A stretch of DNA of 64,000 bases from an uncultured delta proteobacterium (GCA_963850305.1 CAWKKR010000008.1:1568001-1632000), one strand, 5' to 3'. Counted from the first letter of the stretch, positions 33,179 through 45,325 are shown. Notes: generated from the letters alone by a model not told the origin. Numbers and translations are program-made.

Positions 33179-34990
33179 TCACGCCAGTTCCCGCGGCTCC
33201 GGCGCTTCCACGGGTTCGTCGGGCTCCGTCACGATCTCGTAGTGCGCTTTGCCGGCGGGGATCATGGGGTACACGTTGGCTTCCTTGCTGACGATGACGT
33301 CCATGACGACGGTGCCCTTCGTGGAAAGGCCCTTCTCGAGCACGGCGCGGATCTCGCTGGGCTTCTCGGCGCGAAGGCCCGTCGCGCCGTACGCTTCGGC
33401 GATCTTCACGAAGTCGGGGAAGTACTTCATGCCGACCTCGGAGTAGCGGCGGGAGTAAAAGAGTTCCTGCCACTGGCGGACCATGCCGAGGAAGTTGTTG
33501 TTGAGGATGATGACCTTGACGCTCAGTCCTTCGTGCACGCAGGTCGCGAGCTCCTGGATGCACATCTGGAAGGAGCCGTCGCCCGAGACGCAGAGGACGG
33601 GTTCGCCGGGGTTGCCCATGGCGGCGCCCATCGCCGCGGGTAGGCCATAGCCCATCGTTCCGAGGCCGCCGGAGGTGAGCCACTTGCGCGGATCGTCCGC
33701 GGGGTAGTACTGCGCGGCCCACATCTGATGCTGGCCGACGTCGGTCGAGCAGATGTAGCGACCCTTGGTGAGGTCGGCGAGCTCCATCAGCACGCGCTGC
33801 GGCATGATGACGTCGGTCTTGTCGTGGAACTTGAGCGGGAAGAGCCGTTGCCACTCGCGGAGCTGCGCCCACCACGCGCTGCGCGCCGGTGCGGCGGCCG
33901 CGGGCAGGGCGTCGATGAGCTGGCGCGTGACGGTCTTCGCGTCACCGACGATCGGGAGATCGACCTTGATGCTCTTGTTCACGCTCGAAGGATCGATATC
34001 GACGTGGATCTTCTTTGCCTTGAGCGCGAAAGAATCCGGCCTGCCCGTGACGCGATCGTCGAAGCGCGCGCCGATGTTCACGATGAGCTCGGCTTCCGCC
34101 ATCGCCATGTTCGCGGTGTAGGTGCCGTGCATGCCGAGCATGCCGAGGTACTGCGGGTGCCCGGGTGGGAACGAGCCGAGCGCCATGAGCGTCGGCGTGA
34201 CGGGTAGATTCAAGCGCTCGGCGAGCTCGAGGATCTCGGGTGCCGCGCCCGCGTTGACGACGCCGCCGCCGATATAGAGCACGACCTTGTCCGTCTTCGT
34301 GATGAGGTCGACGGCCTTCTTCACCTGGAGCGGGTGGCCCTTGACGGTCGGCTTGTACGACGGAATATCGACGCTCTCGGGCCAGACGAAGGGGTACTCG
34401 TTCCACGTCACGTCCTTCGGGATGTCGACGAGCACCGGTCCCGGTCGACCCGTGCGCGCGACGTAGAATGCTTCCTTCAGGGTCGCTGCGAGGTCCTTGA
34501 CGTCCTTGACGAGGTAATTGTACTTCGTGCACGGCCGCGTGATGCCGACTATGTCGGCTTCCTGGAACGCGTCGTTGCCGATGCTGCTCGTCGCGACCTG
34601 CCCGGTAATGGCGACCAGCGGCGTCGAGTCCATCATCGCGTTCGCGAGGCCCGTGACGAGGTTCGTCGCGCCGGGCCCGCTCGTCGCCATGCAGACGCCG
34701 ACCTTGCCCGTGGAGCGCGCATAACCTTCCGCAGCGTGAGCCGCGCCCTGCTCGTGACGGACGAGGATGTGGTTGATGCGATCTTTGGCTTTATGGAGCT
34801 CGTCGTACACGTGGAGGATCGCGCCGCCGGGGTACCCGAAGATGATGTCGACGCCTTCCTTGACGAGGGACTCCACGACGATACGCGCGCCGCGCATGGT
34901 CTCACCCACCGGCGTGACCGACGGCCGCTCGAGACGTGTCGTGCCGCTTGCAGGTTTTTCGGCTGGCCTCGGCCCAGTGGCGCCGCTCAT
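33179..34990 (-). CDS. ilvB: Acetolactate synthase large subunit
   Basis: FGYPGGA, RHEQGA, TSGPGATN, DVGQHQMW, SGGLGTMG, GDGSFQM; ATG overlaps leuB stop. Confidence 0.95.
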   Translation of the reverse strand: MSGATGPRPAEKPASGTTRLERPSVTPVGETMRGARIVVESLVKEGVDIIFGYPGGAILHVYDELHKAKDRINHILVRHEQGAAHAAEGYARSTGKVGVCMATSGPGATNLVTGLANAMMDSTPLVAITGQVATSSIGNDAFQEADIVGITRPCTKYNYLVKDVKDLAATLKEAFYVARTGRPGPVLVDIPKDVTWNEYPFVWPESVDIPSYKPTVKGHPLQVKKAVDLITKTDKVVLYIGGGVVNAGAAPEILELAERLNLPVTPTLMALGSFPPGHPQYLGMLGMHGTYTANMAMAEAELIVNIGARFDDRVTGRPDSFALKAKKIHVDIDPSSVNKSIKVDLPIVGDAKTVTRQLIDALPAAAAPARSAWWAQLREWQRLFPLKFHDKTDVIMPQRVLMELADLTKGRYICSTDVGQHQMWAAQYYPADDPRKWLTSGGLGTMGYGLPAAMGAAMGNPGEPVLCVSGDGSFQMCIQELATCVHEGLSVKVIILNNNFLGMVRQWQELFYSRRYSEVGMKYFPDFVKIAEAYGATGLRAEKPSEIRAVLEKGLSTKGTVVMDVIVSKEANVYPMIPAGKAHYEIVTEPDEPVEAPEPRELA

Positions 34991-36078
34991 TGCGCTTCGA
35001 ATGCTCGACATACGTGGTCTCCCATTTCGTTCGTCTCCACCTGCCCCCCGAGATCCGCGGTCCGATGTCCGCTTGCCAGCACCAGATCGATCGCGCGCTC
35101 GACGCGCTCGGCTTCGTTCTCCATCCCGAGCGAGGAGCGGAGCATCATCGCGACGGAGGCGATCGTGCCGAGCGGGTTCGCGATACCCTTGCCGGCGATG
35201 TCGGGAGCGGAGCCGTGGATGGGCTCGTACAGACCCGCTCCGTCGCCGAGACTCGCGCTCGGCAAGAGCCCGATGGAGCCGGCGAGCACTGCGGCCTCGT
35301 CCGTCAGGATGTCGCCGAAGAGGTTTCCCGTGACGACGACGTCGAAGCGCGTCGGCTTCTTGATGAGGTCCATCGCGCAAGAGTCCACGAACTGATGCTC
35401 GAGCGTCACGTCGGGATATTCCCTGGCAAGCTCGTTCACGGTCCGCCTCCACAGCTGCGACGCTTCGAGCACGTTCGCCTTGTCCACGGACATGACCCTC
35501 TTCTTCCGGCCGCGGGCGATCTCGAACGCAACCTTCGCGACGCGCCGGACCTCTTCCACGCTGTACGTCATCGTGTTGAACGCGCGCTGTCCGTCCGGGT
35601 CGAAGCCGCGCGGCTCGCCGAAGTAGACGTCACCGAGCAGCTCGCGCACGACCACCATGTCCGTGCCGCGGACGATCTCTTCCTTCAGAGGCGACGCTCC
35701 GACCAGTGAGGGGACCGCGCGCACCGGACGGAGATTCGCGTAGACGCCGAGCATCTTTCGCAGATCGAGCAACCCCTTTTCCGGACGCCGATCGCCGGGC
35801 ACGCCGTCGTACTTCGGCAAGCCGACCGCGCCGAGCAGCACGGCGTGAGCCGTCTTCAGTGCCTCGCGTGTCTCGTCGGGGAGAGCGGGCTTTCCGGCGT
35901 CGAGCGCGCAGCCGCCAATCTGAGCTTCGACCATCTCGAAACGACGCCCCGCGTGATTGAATGCGAGCTCGAGCACGCGCGCTCCTTCACGGCACACCTC
36001 GGGCCCGATGCCGTCACCCGGGAGCGTTACGATCCGTGGGATCTCCGCGGTTGCGCCCGCGGGCTTCGTGGTGCTCAT
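34987..36078 (-). CDS. leuB: 3-isopropylmalate dehydrogenase
   Basis: LPGDGIGPEV, ANLRP, VDKANVL, NLFGDILTDEA, EPIHGSAPDIAGK. Confidence 0.96.
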   Translation of the reverse strand: MSTTKPAGATAEIPRIVTLPGDGIGPEVCREGARVLELAFNHAGRRFEMVEAQIGGCALDAGKPALPDETREALKTAHAVLLGAVGLPKYDGVPGDRRPEKGLLDLRKMLGVYANLRPVRAVPSLVGASPLKEEIVRGTDMVVVRELLGDVYFGEPRGFDPDGQRAFNTMTYSVEEVRRVAKVAFEIARGRKKRVMSVDKANVLEASQLWRRTVNELAREYPDVTLEHQFVDSCAMDLIKKPTRFDVVVTGNLFGDILTDEAAVLAGSIGLLPSASLGDGAGLYEPIHGSAPDIAGKGIANPLGTIASVAMMLRSSLGMENEAERVERAIDLVLASGHRTADLGGQVETNEMGDHVCRAFEAQ

Positions 36079-37661
36079 GGACTGCTTTCTTCTTGGGGCT
36101 GCCGCAGGTTGGGCGCGCGGCTCGTCACTTCAACGGACTGCGGTGGTTGAACGGTTTCGGTCACCGAGAGAAACTTGTTGATGGCCGAGAGGTACGCAAG
36201 AACGCTCGCCTCGACGATGTCGGTGTTCACGGCCCGGCCGGTGAACTCCTTGCCCCCGATCGCGACACGCAGTGCGACTTCGCCGAGCGCGTCTCGGCCC
36301 TCGCCCACGGCGCGGATCTCGAAATTCACGACCCGTCCCGGGTAACCGGTGATCTGATCGATCGCGATGCAGGAGGCCTCGACCGGGCCGTCGCCGAGGG
36401 CGGCCGCCGCGTAGGTGCGTCCCTCACGCTTGAGCTGCACGGTCGCAGAGGCGGGCTTCACGGAGCCTGTCATGGCTTGCACGAGGTTCAGTTCATAGGG
36501 CGGTGCAGCCTGGGGACGACCGTCCAGTGCGAGCTCGATCAAGGCATCGTCGTCGAGCGGCTGTCCGCTCTCGCACGCCTTGAGGAAGCGATCGTAGATG
36601 TGGTTGAGCGACGCGCCTCCCAGGGGATAGCCGAGCTCCGCGAGGCGCGAGCCGAGCGCTTTCCGCCCGGAATGACGCCCGAGGACGATCTGAGTCGGAG
36701 GCGCGCCGACCGACTCCGGCGTCATGATCTCGTAGGTGCGCCGATCCTTGAGCATCCCCTGCTGATGCACACCAGCTTCGTGGGCGAACGCGTTCCGTCC
36801 AACGATGGCCTTGTTTCGTTGTACGGCGCAGCCGGTGAGCGCGGACAGGATCTGGCTGGTCGCGTAGATCTGCTCGGTGACGATGCCCGTCTCGAACGGC
36901 AGCACGTCACTCCGCACGCGAAGCGCCATCGTGAGCTCCTCGAGGGACGCGTTGCCCGCACGTTCCCCGATGCCATTGATGGTGCACTCGACCTGACGAG
37001 CGCCGCCCTCGATCGCGGCGAGCGAGTTGGCCACGGCGAGCCCCAGATCGTTGTGGCAATGCGTCGAGAGGACGACCTTGTCGATGCCGCGGATCTTCGA
37101 CTTCAGCAACTGAAACCGCGCCTTGTACTCGGACGGCACCGTGTACCCGACGGTGTCCGGGATGTTCACGACGTGGACGCCTTCGTCCACGACCGCCTGG
37201 ATCGTCCGCAGGAGAAAGTCTTCCCGCGTACGCGTGGCGTCCTCCGGGCTGAACTCGACCTCGCCAAAGAGCTTCCTGGCAAGGCGCGCCGAGCGCACCA
37301 TGAGGTCGAGCGCCTGGTCTTCGTTCAAGCCGGTCTTCGCGTCGAGGTGAAGCTGGCTCGTGCCGAAGAAGATGTGCAGGCGTGCATGCGCTGCCGGCTC
37401 CAGCGCGCGCGCGCACGCTTCGATGTCCGCGTCGACGCATCGGGCGAGTGCCGCGATCGTCGGTCGACGCACTTCCCGGCAAATGGCGCGGACGCCCTCG
37501 AGGTCTTCCTCGCTCGCGGCGGGAAATCCGGCTTCGATGACGTCGACGCCGAGCTTGTCGAGCTGTCGAGCGAGCACGAGCTTCTGTGCCGCGGTCATCC
37601 CGTAGCCCGGCGACTGCTCGCCGTCTCTCAGGGTCGTGTCGAAGATTCGAATCCGCTCCAT
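36075..37661 (-). CDS. leuA: 2-isopropylmalate synthase
   Basis: IFDTTLRDGEQ, HCHNDLG, GIGERAGNA, AFAHEAGVHQ, regulatory domain GDGPVEA. Confidence 0.95.
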   Translation of the reverse strand: MERIRIFDTTLRDGEQSPGYGMTAAQKLVLARQLDKLGVDVIEAGFPAASEEDLEGVRAICREVRRPTIAALARCVDADIEACARALEPAAHARLHIFFGTSQLHLDAKTGLNEDQALDLMVRSARLARKLFGEVEFSPEDATRTREDFLLRTIQAVVDEGVHVVNIPDTVGYTVPSEYKARFQLLKSKIRGIDKVVLSTHCHNDLGLAVANSLAAIEGGARQVECTINGIGERAGNASLEELTMALRVRSDVLPFETGIVTEQIYATSQILSALTGCAVQRNKAIVGRNAFAHEAGVHQQGMLKDRRTYEIMTPESVGAPPTQIVLGRHSGRKALGSRLAELGYPLGGASLNHIYDRFLKACESGQPLDDDALIELALDGRPQAAPPYELNLVQAMTGSVKPASATVQLKREGRTYAAAALGDGPVEASCIAIDQITGYPGRVVNFEIRAVGEGRDALGEVALRVAIGGKEFTGRAVNTDIVEASVLAYLSAINKFLSVTETVQPPQSVEVTSRAPNLRQPQEESSP

Positions 37662-37969
37662 GGTTCCTCGTGTCGCCTTGAGCTTCTGGGCCGTGTGGGT
37701 GCGCCGCTGGCACTTCCGGCGCCGACCGCGGCTCCGAGCGCTCGATCCGCCTTCGCGCCTTCGCTCCGGCGTGCAAGCCTGCCGCAAAATTGCCGCGGGA
37801 ACGCGGCCCAGGCGATGCGGTTCTATGGTAGCGGCGCGGCGTTCCGGCAAGCAAGTCCGCGGTAGAACCAGTTCGAGTGATCCCCTGCCTCGTTCTGCTC
37901 GCACGTTCAGGAGTAACGGGACGATCCTGCTGCAACCGTGGGGGCAAGCCGGACGTAACCTTGGGTCGG

Positions 37970-38389
37970 ATGCCGCGAACGCTCTTCCTGCTGGCGGCGG
38001 GCCTCGTGTTTGCCGGATGCTCGACGAAGCTCGAGTCGGGCTCGCCGGTGACCGATGCGGGTGACGAAGATCGCCACGCGCCGTGGGCGGCGGGGACCCT
38101 GACACAAGGGCTATGCACCAGCTTTCCCTCGACGTGTCAGGCTTCTGCTCCCGACTACGCGACCGTGGTGGTGCCCATCTTGAACGCGAAGTGCAACGGC
38201 TGCCACAGCGGAGTCGACGGCGGGCCCTGGCCGCTCACGAACTTCGAGGATGTAGAGCACTGGCAGGACGTGCTCGTGGCCGAGCTCGCGAACTGCGGGA
38301 TGCCGCCCGCCGATGCCGGGCCCACGCTCTCGGACGACGAGCGGGCGACGCTCCTCTCCTGGCTAGCTTGCGTGCCATTCGAGCCGTGA
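37970..38389 (+). CDS. Small lipoprotein with one CxxCH heme-binding motif (cytochrome c-like)
   Basis: Lipobox VFAGC; KCNGCH; distal GMPP motif. Confidence 0.7.
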   Translation: MPRTLFLLAAGLVFAGCSTKLESGSPVTDAGDEDRHAPWAAGTLTQGLCTSFPSTCQASAPDYATVVVPILNAKCNGCHSGVDGGPWPLTNFEDVEHWQDVLVAELANCGMPPADAGPTLSDDERATLLSWLACVPFEP

Positions 38390-38437
38390 GCCGGAAATAA
38401 GCTTTGCGCAGTAGTTAACCTCGGTTAATATAAGAAG

Positions 38438-38926
38438 GTGACCGCGCGGGCGCTTGCCAACGACAAACCCGACGTCGCCGGGGTGCACGCGGCGATCGAG
38501 TGTCTCGGCCGGCTATCGGAGCTGTATCGGCAGCGGCGCGAGCAGCTCGCCGCGAGCGTCGGGCTCACGGACACGGAGTGGGGCGTGCTCGAGGAGATCG
38601 CCACGGAGCATTTCATGCCGAGCTTCTTCGCGCGCAAGAGGGAGAGCTCCGCGGCGGCCGTGTCGAAGATCCTCCGACAGGTGATGGACAAGGGCCTCGT
38701 CGTCGCGACGATCGCGAAGGACGATGCGCGTCAGCGTAAGTACGCGCTGACGTCGAAGGGGAAGAGGCTGATGGCGCGCCTGCGCGAGAGCCGCGAGGAC
38801 GCGATACGCGAAGTGTGGCTGACGCTCGGCGCCGCGAGAATGCGCGCGTTCACGGATTTCGGAACCGAGCTGATCGGACGCCTGGAGAGTTACGCTGCGG
38901 CTGCGGATATTTCGAAGGATCGGTGA
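38438..38926 (+). CDS. MarR-family transcriptional regulator
   Basis: [38 protein letters not shown]. Confidence 0.85.
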   Translation: MTARALANDKPDVAGVHAAIECLGRLSELYRQRREQLAASVGLTDTEWGVLEEIATEHFMPSFFARKRESSAAAVSKILRQVMDKGLVVATIAKDDARQRKYALTSKGKRLMARLRESREDAIREVWLTLGAARMRAFTDFGTELIGRLESYAAAADISKDR

Positions 38927-38931
38927 AGAAC

Positions 38932-40361
<1,430 letters not shown>

Positions 40362-40365
<4 letters not shown>

Positions 40366-40976
40366 ACTCTTCCAAACGTATTCGCCTGGCCGGTCCCGGC
40401 ATTGCCGTGCGCGGGAACGACATCGACACGGATCGCATCATCCCGGCGCGCTTCCTCAAGACCGTCGTGTTCGACGGGCTCGGGGAGCACACGTTCGAGG
40501 ACGATCGCGCGCAGCTCCGCGACGCGGGGAAGACGCATCCGTTCGACGATGCGCGATTTTCGTCGGCGCGGGTGCTCCTCGTGAACGAGAATTTCGGTTG
40601 CGGTTCCTCGCGCGAGCACGCGCCGCAGGCGATTCTCCGATGGGGCAAGGGGATCCAGGTGATCGTGGGCCAATCCTTTGCCGAGATCTTTCACGGCAAC
40701 TGCGTCGCGCTCGGTATCCCGTGCGTCGTGGTGGACGCGCCGACCATCGCCGCATTGATGGACGCGGTGGAGGCGAGTCCATCGGTCGAGGTCGCCGTCG
40801 ACCTGTCGACGAAGACGGTCGCGGCTGGCGACAAGACGTTCGCGTTCTCGATGCCCGAAGGACCCCGCCAGCAATTCCTCGAAGGGCGCTGGGACGGCGT
40901 GGGGGAGCTCCTCGCCATGAAGGACGCGATCCGGGAGACCGCCGGGCGCGTGCCGTACTTCGACGACTTCGCCTGA
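40362..40976 (+). CDS. leuD: 3-isopropylmalate dehydratase small subunit
   Basis: [31 protein letters not shown]. Confidence 0.96.
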
Positions 40977-41015
40977 ATCTCGAACTCCGGACGAAGGCTC
41001 GACTCTTCGGCGGAG

Positions 41016-42230
41016 TCAGTGAAACTTCGCGAGCCGCACGACGGCCCAGACGAAGCCGAGTGCGGCGCCGAGCGAGCGACCGAACCCGGGCGCGACGGCG
41101 GCGAGGAGCACGCGGAGAAACGGGTTCGCGCGGACGCTTCTCGGCGTGAGGATATCGTCACGGAGCTTCGCGCCGTCCTCGGGGGAGGGGGGGCGGAGTC
41201 CGAACTGGACGGTGCCCGCGATGCGGCCGATGTCCACGAACGGGAGCACGAGCGTGAAGGGCGCCAGTACACCCGCAAGGAGCGACGTCCACAAAGTCGC
41301 ACCGACCAACCAACCCAGAATGAACGCTCCAGCGGCGGATGGAACGGCGCAGGGCGCAAGCAGGGACACGAGCCGAAGCGCGCCCGCTCCTTTGAAGGCG
41401 CCGAGCGCGACGAGAGCCGCGACCAGCACCGGCGGGATGAACGACGACGCGCGTGACGATAGAGAACGTTCCGGGACGACGGACAGGGCCGCGCGATCGG
41501 CGTTCGAACCCAGGTGCCGTGTCATGCCCGGCACGTGAGCAGCACCGACGATCGCGACGATGCGTCTCCCGGCCGCGTTCTCGACGGAGGCCATGAGATA
41601 GCGATCGCGCTCCGTGATGAGCGGCGTCTCGAGCGCGGGCATCTCGCGCGCGAAGGTCGTCATCGCGTCCGTCATCGTCTCGCGCTCTTTGAGCTTCTCG
41701 ACCTGGGCTTCATCGATGTCCGATGCCGCGAAGGGAAGCATGACGAGCACGAAGAGAACCTTGGCGCGGTCGAGCAGGCCGAGGCTCCGGTAGCAGCGCA
41801 TGAGCGTCGCCTGGACGTCGCGATCGGCGAGCACGACCTGTGCGCCGATGCGACGTGCTTCGTCCACCGCAGCGAGCATCTCCTCGCCTGGCCGGACGCC
41901 GAGGCGATCGCCGAGACGCTTTTGAAAGCCGGAGAAGAGCAAGCTCGAGAGGAAGAGCCCCGCGCGATCACCCCGCACGATCGCCAGCGCGTCGAGGAGG
42001 CGCCAGCGGCCTTCGTCGGCGAGGGTCTGCAAGCGCGGCTCGTCCAGCTCGACGCACACCGTGTCCGGACGGAGCTCGTCGATGACGCGACGGACCTCGT
42101 CCACGCTCTTCCTCGAGACGTGCGCGGTGCCGACGAGGAAGAACTCGCGCCCCGCGTGCTCCAGCCGCGTGACGTGCCCGGTCGTTTCGTCGGACGCGGC
42201 CGGTCGCGCGCCGGGGGTGTCGCCTTCCAT
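41016..42230 (-). CDS. TraB/GumN-family (pheromone-shutdown TraB-like) membrane protein
   Basis: LVGTAHVS, VCVELD, PGEEM, LITERD, VGAAHVPG, C-terminal TM segments. Confidence 0.85.
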   Translation of the reverse strand: MEGDTPGARPAASDETTGHVTRLEHAGREFFLVGTAHVSRKSVDEVRRVIDELRPDTVCVELDEPRLQTLADEGRWRLLDALAIVRGDRAGLFLSSLLFSGFQKRLGDRLGVRPGEEMLAAVDEARRIGAQVVLADRDVQATLMRCYRSLGLLDRAKVLFVLVMLPFAASDIDEAQVEKLKERETMTDAMTTFAREMPALETPLITERDRYLMASVENAAGRRIVAIVGAAHVPGMTRHLGSNADRAALSVVPERSLSSRASSFIPPVLVAALVALGAFKGAGALRLVSLLAPCAVPSAAGAFILGWLVGATLWTSLLAGVLAPFTLVLPFVDIGRIAGTVQFGLRPPSPEDGAKLRDDILTPRSVRANPFLRVLLAAVAPGFGRSLGAALGFVWAVVRLAKFH

Positions 42231-42260
42231 GGGGAAAGGACAGTATAGGTTCTCGTCGCC

Positions 42261-43421
42261 TTGGTGTTATCCGATCGAAGTCGCGTCGTGTCGCATCCGA
42301 ACGTGCTCGCGTCGGCGCTCGCGTCGCGCCGCGAGGCGGGACGCACTCACCTCGATCTCACGATCTCGAATCCGACGCGCGCCGCAGTCGCGTACGACGC
42401 GCCGCGGATCGTTCGCGAAATGTGCACGGCGGAGGCCCTGGTCTACGAACCCGAGCCGTTCGGGCTCGCGTCGGCACGGAACGCCGTCGCGGCGCTTGCC
42501 ACGAAGAATGGCGTCTACGTCGAGGCCGACCGAGTCGTTCTGACGGCGAGCACGAGCGAGGCGTACGCATTCCTGTTCAAGCTCCTGTGCGACCCGGGCG
42601 ATGCGGTGCTCGTCCCGGAGCCGAGCTATCCGTTGTTCGAGCACCTTGCGCGCTACGAGGGCGTGCGCGCGACGACGTACCCGCTCCGGTACGACGGCGC
42701 ATGGCACCTCGACGTGGCCGAGCTCCGAGCGCGCGTCGGCTCGAACACGCGGGCAGTCGTGGTCGTCAGTCCGAACAATCCGACGGGCTCCTTTCTCAAG
42801 CGGGACGAGCTCGGCGCGCTCGCGGAGCTGGGCCTTCCGATCGTGTCGGACGAAGTGTTCGCGCCGTACGCGTTCGGCGAGGATGCCCGACGCGTCGCGA
42901 CCGCCCTGGAAGCTCGCGATACGCTGGTGTTCGCGCTGGACGGATTGTCGAAGCGGGCCGCGTTACCGCAGTTGAAACTGTCGTGGATCACCGTGGGAGG
43001 CCCTCCTGCGCTGGCCGGCGTCGCGCTCGACGGCCTCGCGCACCTCGCGGACACGTACCTGTCCCCGGGCGGCCCGGTCCAGCACGCGCTGCCCGCCTTG
43101 CTGGCACTCGGTGAAGAGCCGCAGGCGGCCATCCGCGAGCGCACCTTCGCGAACCACGCGACCCTCGTCGCGCGAAGTCGGGGAACTTCAATCACGCCGT
43201 TCCACGTGGAAGGGGGCTGGTACGCCGCCGCCCGGCTTCCGGCGGTGAAGACCGAAGAGGAATGGGTTCTCGGGCTCCTCGACGCCTGCGACGTGCTCGT
43301 GCAACCGGGTTGGTTTTACGACTTCGCGGACGAGCCGGTCGTGGTCCTGAGTTTGCTCACGCCGGGGGCGGACTTCGACGCCGGGCTCGAGCGCATGGCG
43401 GAATACGTCGAGGGAGGGTGA
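42261..43421 (+). CDS. PLP-dependent aminotransferase class I/II (start uncertain)
   Basis: LTASTSEAY, PSYPLF, VSPNNPTG, SDEVF, GLSK. Confidence 0.88.
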   Translation: MVLSDRSRVVSHPNVLASALASRREAGRTHLDLTISNPTRAAVAYDAPRIVREMCTAEALVYEPEPFGLASARNAVAALATKNGVYVEADRVVLTASTSEAYAFLFKLLCDPGDAVLVPEPSYPLFEHLARYEGVRATTYPLRYDGAWHLDVAELRARVGSNTRAVVVVSPNNPTGSFLKRDELGALAELGLPIVSDEVFAPYAFGEDARRVATALEARDTLVFALDGLSKRAALPQLKLSWITVGGPPALAGVALDGLAHLADTYLSPGGPVQHALPALLALGEEPQAAIRERTFANHATLVARSRGTSITPFHVEGGWYAAARLPAVKTEEEWVLGLLDACDVLVQPGWFYDFADEPVVVLSLLTPGADFDAGLERMAEYVEGG

Positions 43422-43461
43422 ATCCGTCTCAGCGGCGCCGGTGAGCCCGGTGCCCCAAACG

Positions 43462-44250
43462 CTACCCGCGCCGCGCGCCGCGCCTTCGACGGACCATCTG
43501 GGCTCCCAGCGCGAGAGCGAAGAGGCCCGCATCCAGTCCGCCTTCGCGAGCGTCGTTCGCGCCGATCCGGCACCCGCAGCCCCCCTGCTTCGGCTGGACC
43601 TCCTCTTTCTTCTCATTGTCGGTCGGGCCGCCTTGCCAGTACGCGGGGTCGTCGGTGCTCAGCTCTTTCTTCGGCGGAGGCTGGTCCTGATCCTTCGTAT
43701 CCGAGTCGGTCTTGTCCTTCTTCTTCTCCCCCGTGAACACGACGGCGCGCCGGTCGATGACGTCGTTGTCGCCTTCGAAGACCACGCGCGTCGTTCCGCC
43801 GAGACTCGCGTCGGTACGGCCGTCCTTCACGACGACGTCGTATTCTCCGGCTTCGTAACCGTTCTTGCGCGTCACCTTGAAGGAAAAGCGGGTGCGCTTC
43901 TGGATCTGCCCGTTGCTCGGATCGAGAAATCCGACGTCGACGCTCTCGACCAGGGGCTGCTTGTTCTGGAGGGGTACGTTGCGCAGCTGCGGCCCGTCTT
44001 TGCCGTCGACCAGCGCGCGTTCGTAATAGACCACCGGGGTGAACGAGAACCGCATCGGCAACGTCGCTTCGTCCGGCGCGCGGTTCAAGAAAATCGAGAC
44101 GTCGATGGTCCAGCCGTGACTGTCGCTCTCCTTGAGAGACTTGGTCTTCCACTCCACGCGGCCGCCGGCGATGGCCGACCCGGCGAGCAAAAGCACGCCG
44201 AGGGAGAGAGCCGCGGTCAGAATGCGTCGCGCTGCACCGATCTTCGTCAT
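43462..44250 (-). CDS. Secreted protein with MYXO-CTERM-like sorting tail
   Basis: Signal peptide; C-terminal GGCGCRI...GLFALALGAQMVRRRR. Confidence 0.75.
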   Translation of the reverse strand: MTKIGAARRILTAALSLGVLLLAGSAIAGGRVEWKTKSLKESDSHGWTIDVSIFLNRAPDEATLPMRFSFTPVVYYERALVDGKDGPQLRNVPLQNKQPLVESVDVGFLDPSNGQIQKRTRFSFKVTRKNGYEAGEYDVVVKDGRTDASLGGTTRVVFEGDNDVIDRRAVVFTGEKKKDKTDSDTKDQDQPPPKKELSTDDPAYWQGGPTDNEKKEEVQPKQGGCGCRIGANDAREGGLDAGLFALALGAQMVRRRRGARRG

Positions 44251-44324
44251 AGTCGACCTCCGAGGCGTCGACCGTACACCTTCCCCCGCGGATTTCGCGA
44301 GCCGAGCGCACCGAAACCGTCGTT

Positions 44325-44975
44325 TCAGTCGAGCCCGGGCGGACAAATGCAACGAAACAGCAGCGCGGATTCCCTTCCCGCGCTGACGTACGTCGGACGG
44401 TCGGCGCCCACCACCGCCGGACAGTGCCGCTCGACCGTCACTCCGTCGCGATTCAGCTCGCCCGCGATCAGCCACTCGAGGAGCTCGGTGCCGGGTGCCG
44501 GGTCCGGCTTCATCTCGCGGCCCGGCTCGATCTTGAAGAGGTAGAGGCCCGCGTCGCGCGTCTCGAGCAAGGTCTCGATCTGGCCGTAGGGGGTCTTCTT
44601 GGCGGAGCGTGGAAACGCGCCCGGGGTGCGCCTGACCTCGACGGACGCCGCGCGAGCGCGCCCATCGAGCGCCGCCGGCTTGTCGAGCCGGATGTCGACG
44701 AACTCCGCGGTGGGATGCACTCCGAGGAGCATCGCGGCGAGCTCTTCCGTCGCCATCTCGATGAGCTGAAACCGCCGAAACTTGAGCACCGCGATCACTT
44801 CGTCCGCGGTCACGTCGTAGTCGCAGGTGAGCGCGATGCGTCCCGTCCGACCCGCCTGGCTCAGATCCATCCCGAGCGCGAGATCGAGGTGCACGCGTTG
44901 CTCCCGTTCGCGTTCCTGGGGCCTCACCCCGACGACGCAGTCGATCTCGAGCCCGCGAATTCGAACCAAGTCCAT
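44325..44975 (-). CDS. folB: Dihydroneopterin aldolase with C-terminal cupin-like extension
   Basis: DLVRIRGL...VGV...ER..EQ, DY, FQLIE, LDKPAAL; about 95 extra C-terminal residues. Confidence 0.8.
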   Translation of the reverse strand: MDLVRIRGLEIDCVVGVRPQEREREQRVHLDLALGMDLSQAGRTGRIALTCDYDVTADEVIAVLKFRRFQLIEMATEELAAMLLGVHPTAEFVDIRLDKPAALDGRARAASVEVRRTPGAFPRSAKKTPYGQIETLLETRDAGLYLFKIEPGREMKPDPAPGTELLEWLIAGELNRDGVTVERHCPAVVGADRPTYVSAGRESALLFRCICPPGLD

Positions 44976-45043
44976 GTGTACTCCCGCGTTACGTCGCGCC
45001 GAGTCCAAGTGTTAGCATGGGGCAGGGGAGCGGTTTCATCGTA

Positions 45044-45252
45044 GGGGGTCTTGACCCCCGCGGCTCGCTTCGCGACCGCTCCCCCGCCGCCTTCGGCGGG
45101 CTCGCTTGGTTCAAGGGGGGCCTTGCCCCCCGCGGCTTGCTTCGCAACCGCTCCCCCCGCCGCCTTCGGCGTGCTCGCTTGGTTCAAGGGGGGCCTTGCC
45201 CCCCGCGGCTTGCTTCGCAACCGCTCCCCCCGCCGCCTTCGGCGGGCTCGCT
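45044..45252 (+). repeat. Three tandem ~72-73-bp palindromic units (BIME-like)
   Basis: Units start 45044, 45115, 45188; GGGGGGCCTTGCCCCCC-GCGGCTTGCTTCGCAACCGC-TCCCCC-CGCCGCCTTCGGCG, three hairpins each. Confidence 0.9.
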
Positions 45253-45315
45253 CCGCGAGCCTAGTTCCGCACCTCTTTGATCGCTCGGGGACGACGCTGC
45301 TCGTCGATGCGGAAC
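45238..45315 (+). repeat. REP/REPIN-like dispersed element, copy B
   Basis: Collinear with 7158-7235; core 52/54 identical. Confidence 0.8.
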
Positions 45316-45325
45316 CTACTAAATC

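Noticed and set aside
37662..37970. Leucine attenuator leader peptide upstream of leuA
   Set aside because: No short Leu-rich ORF with a start codon and terminator could be supported.
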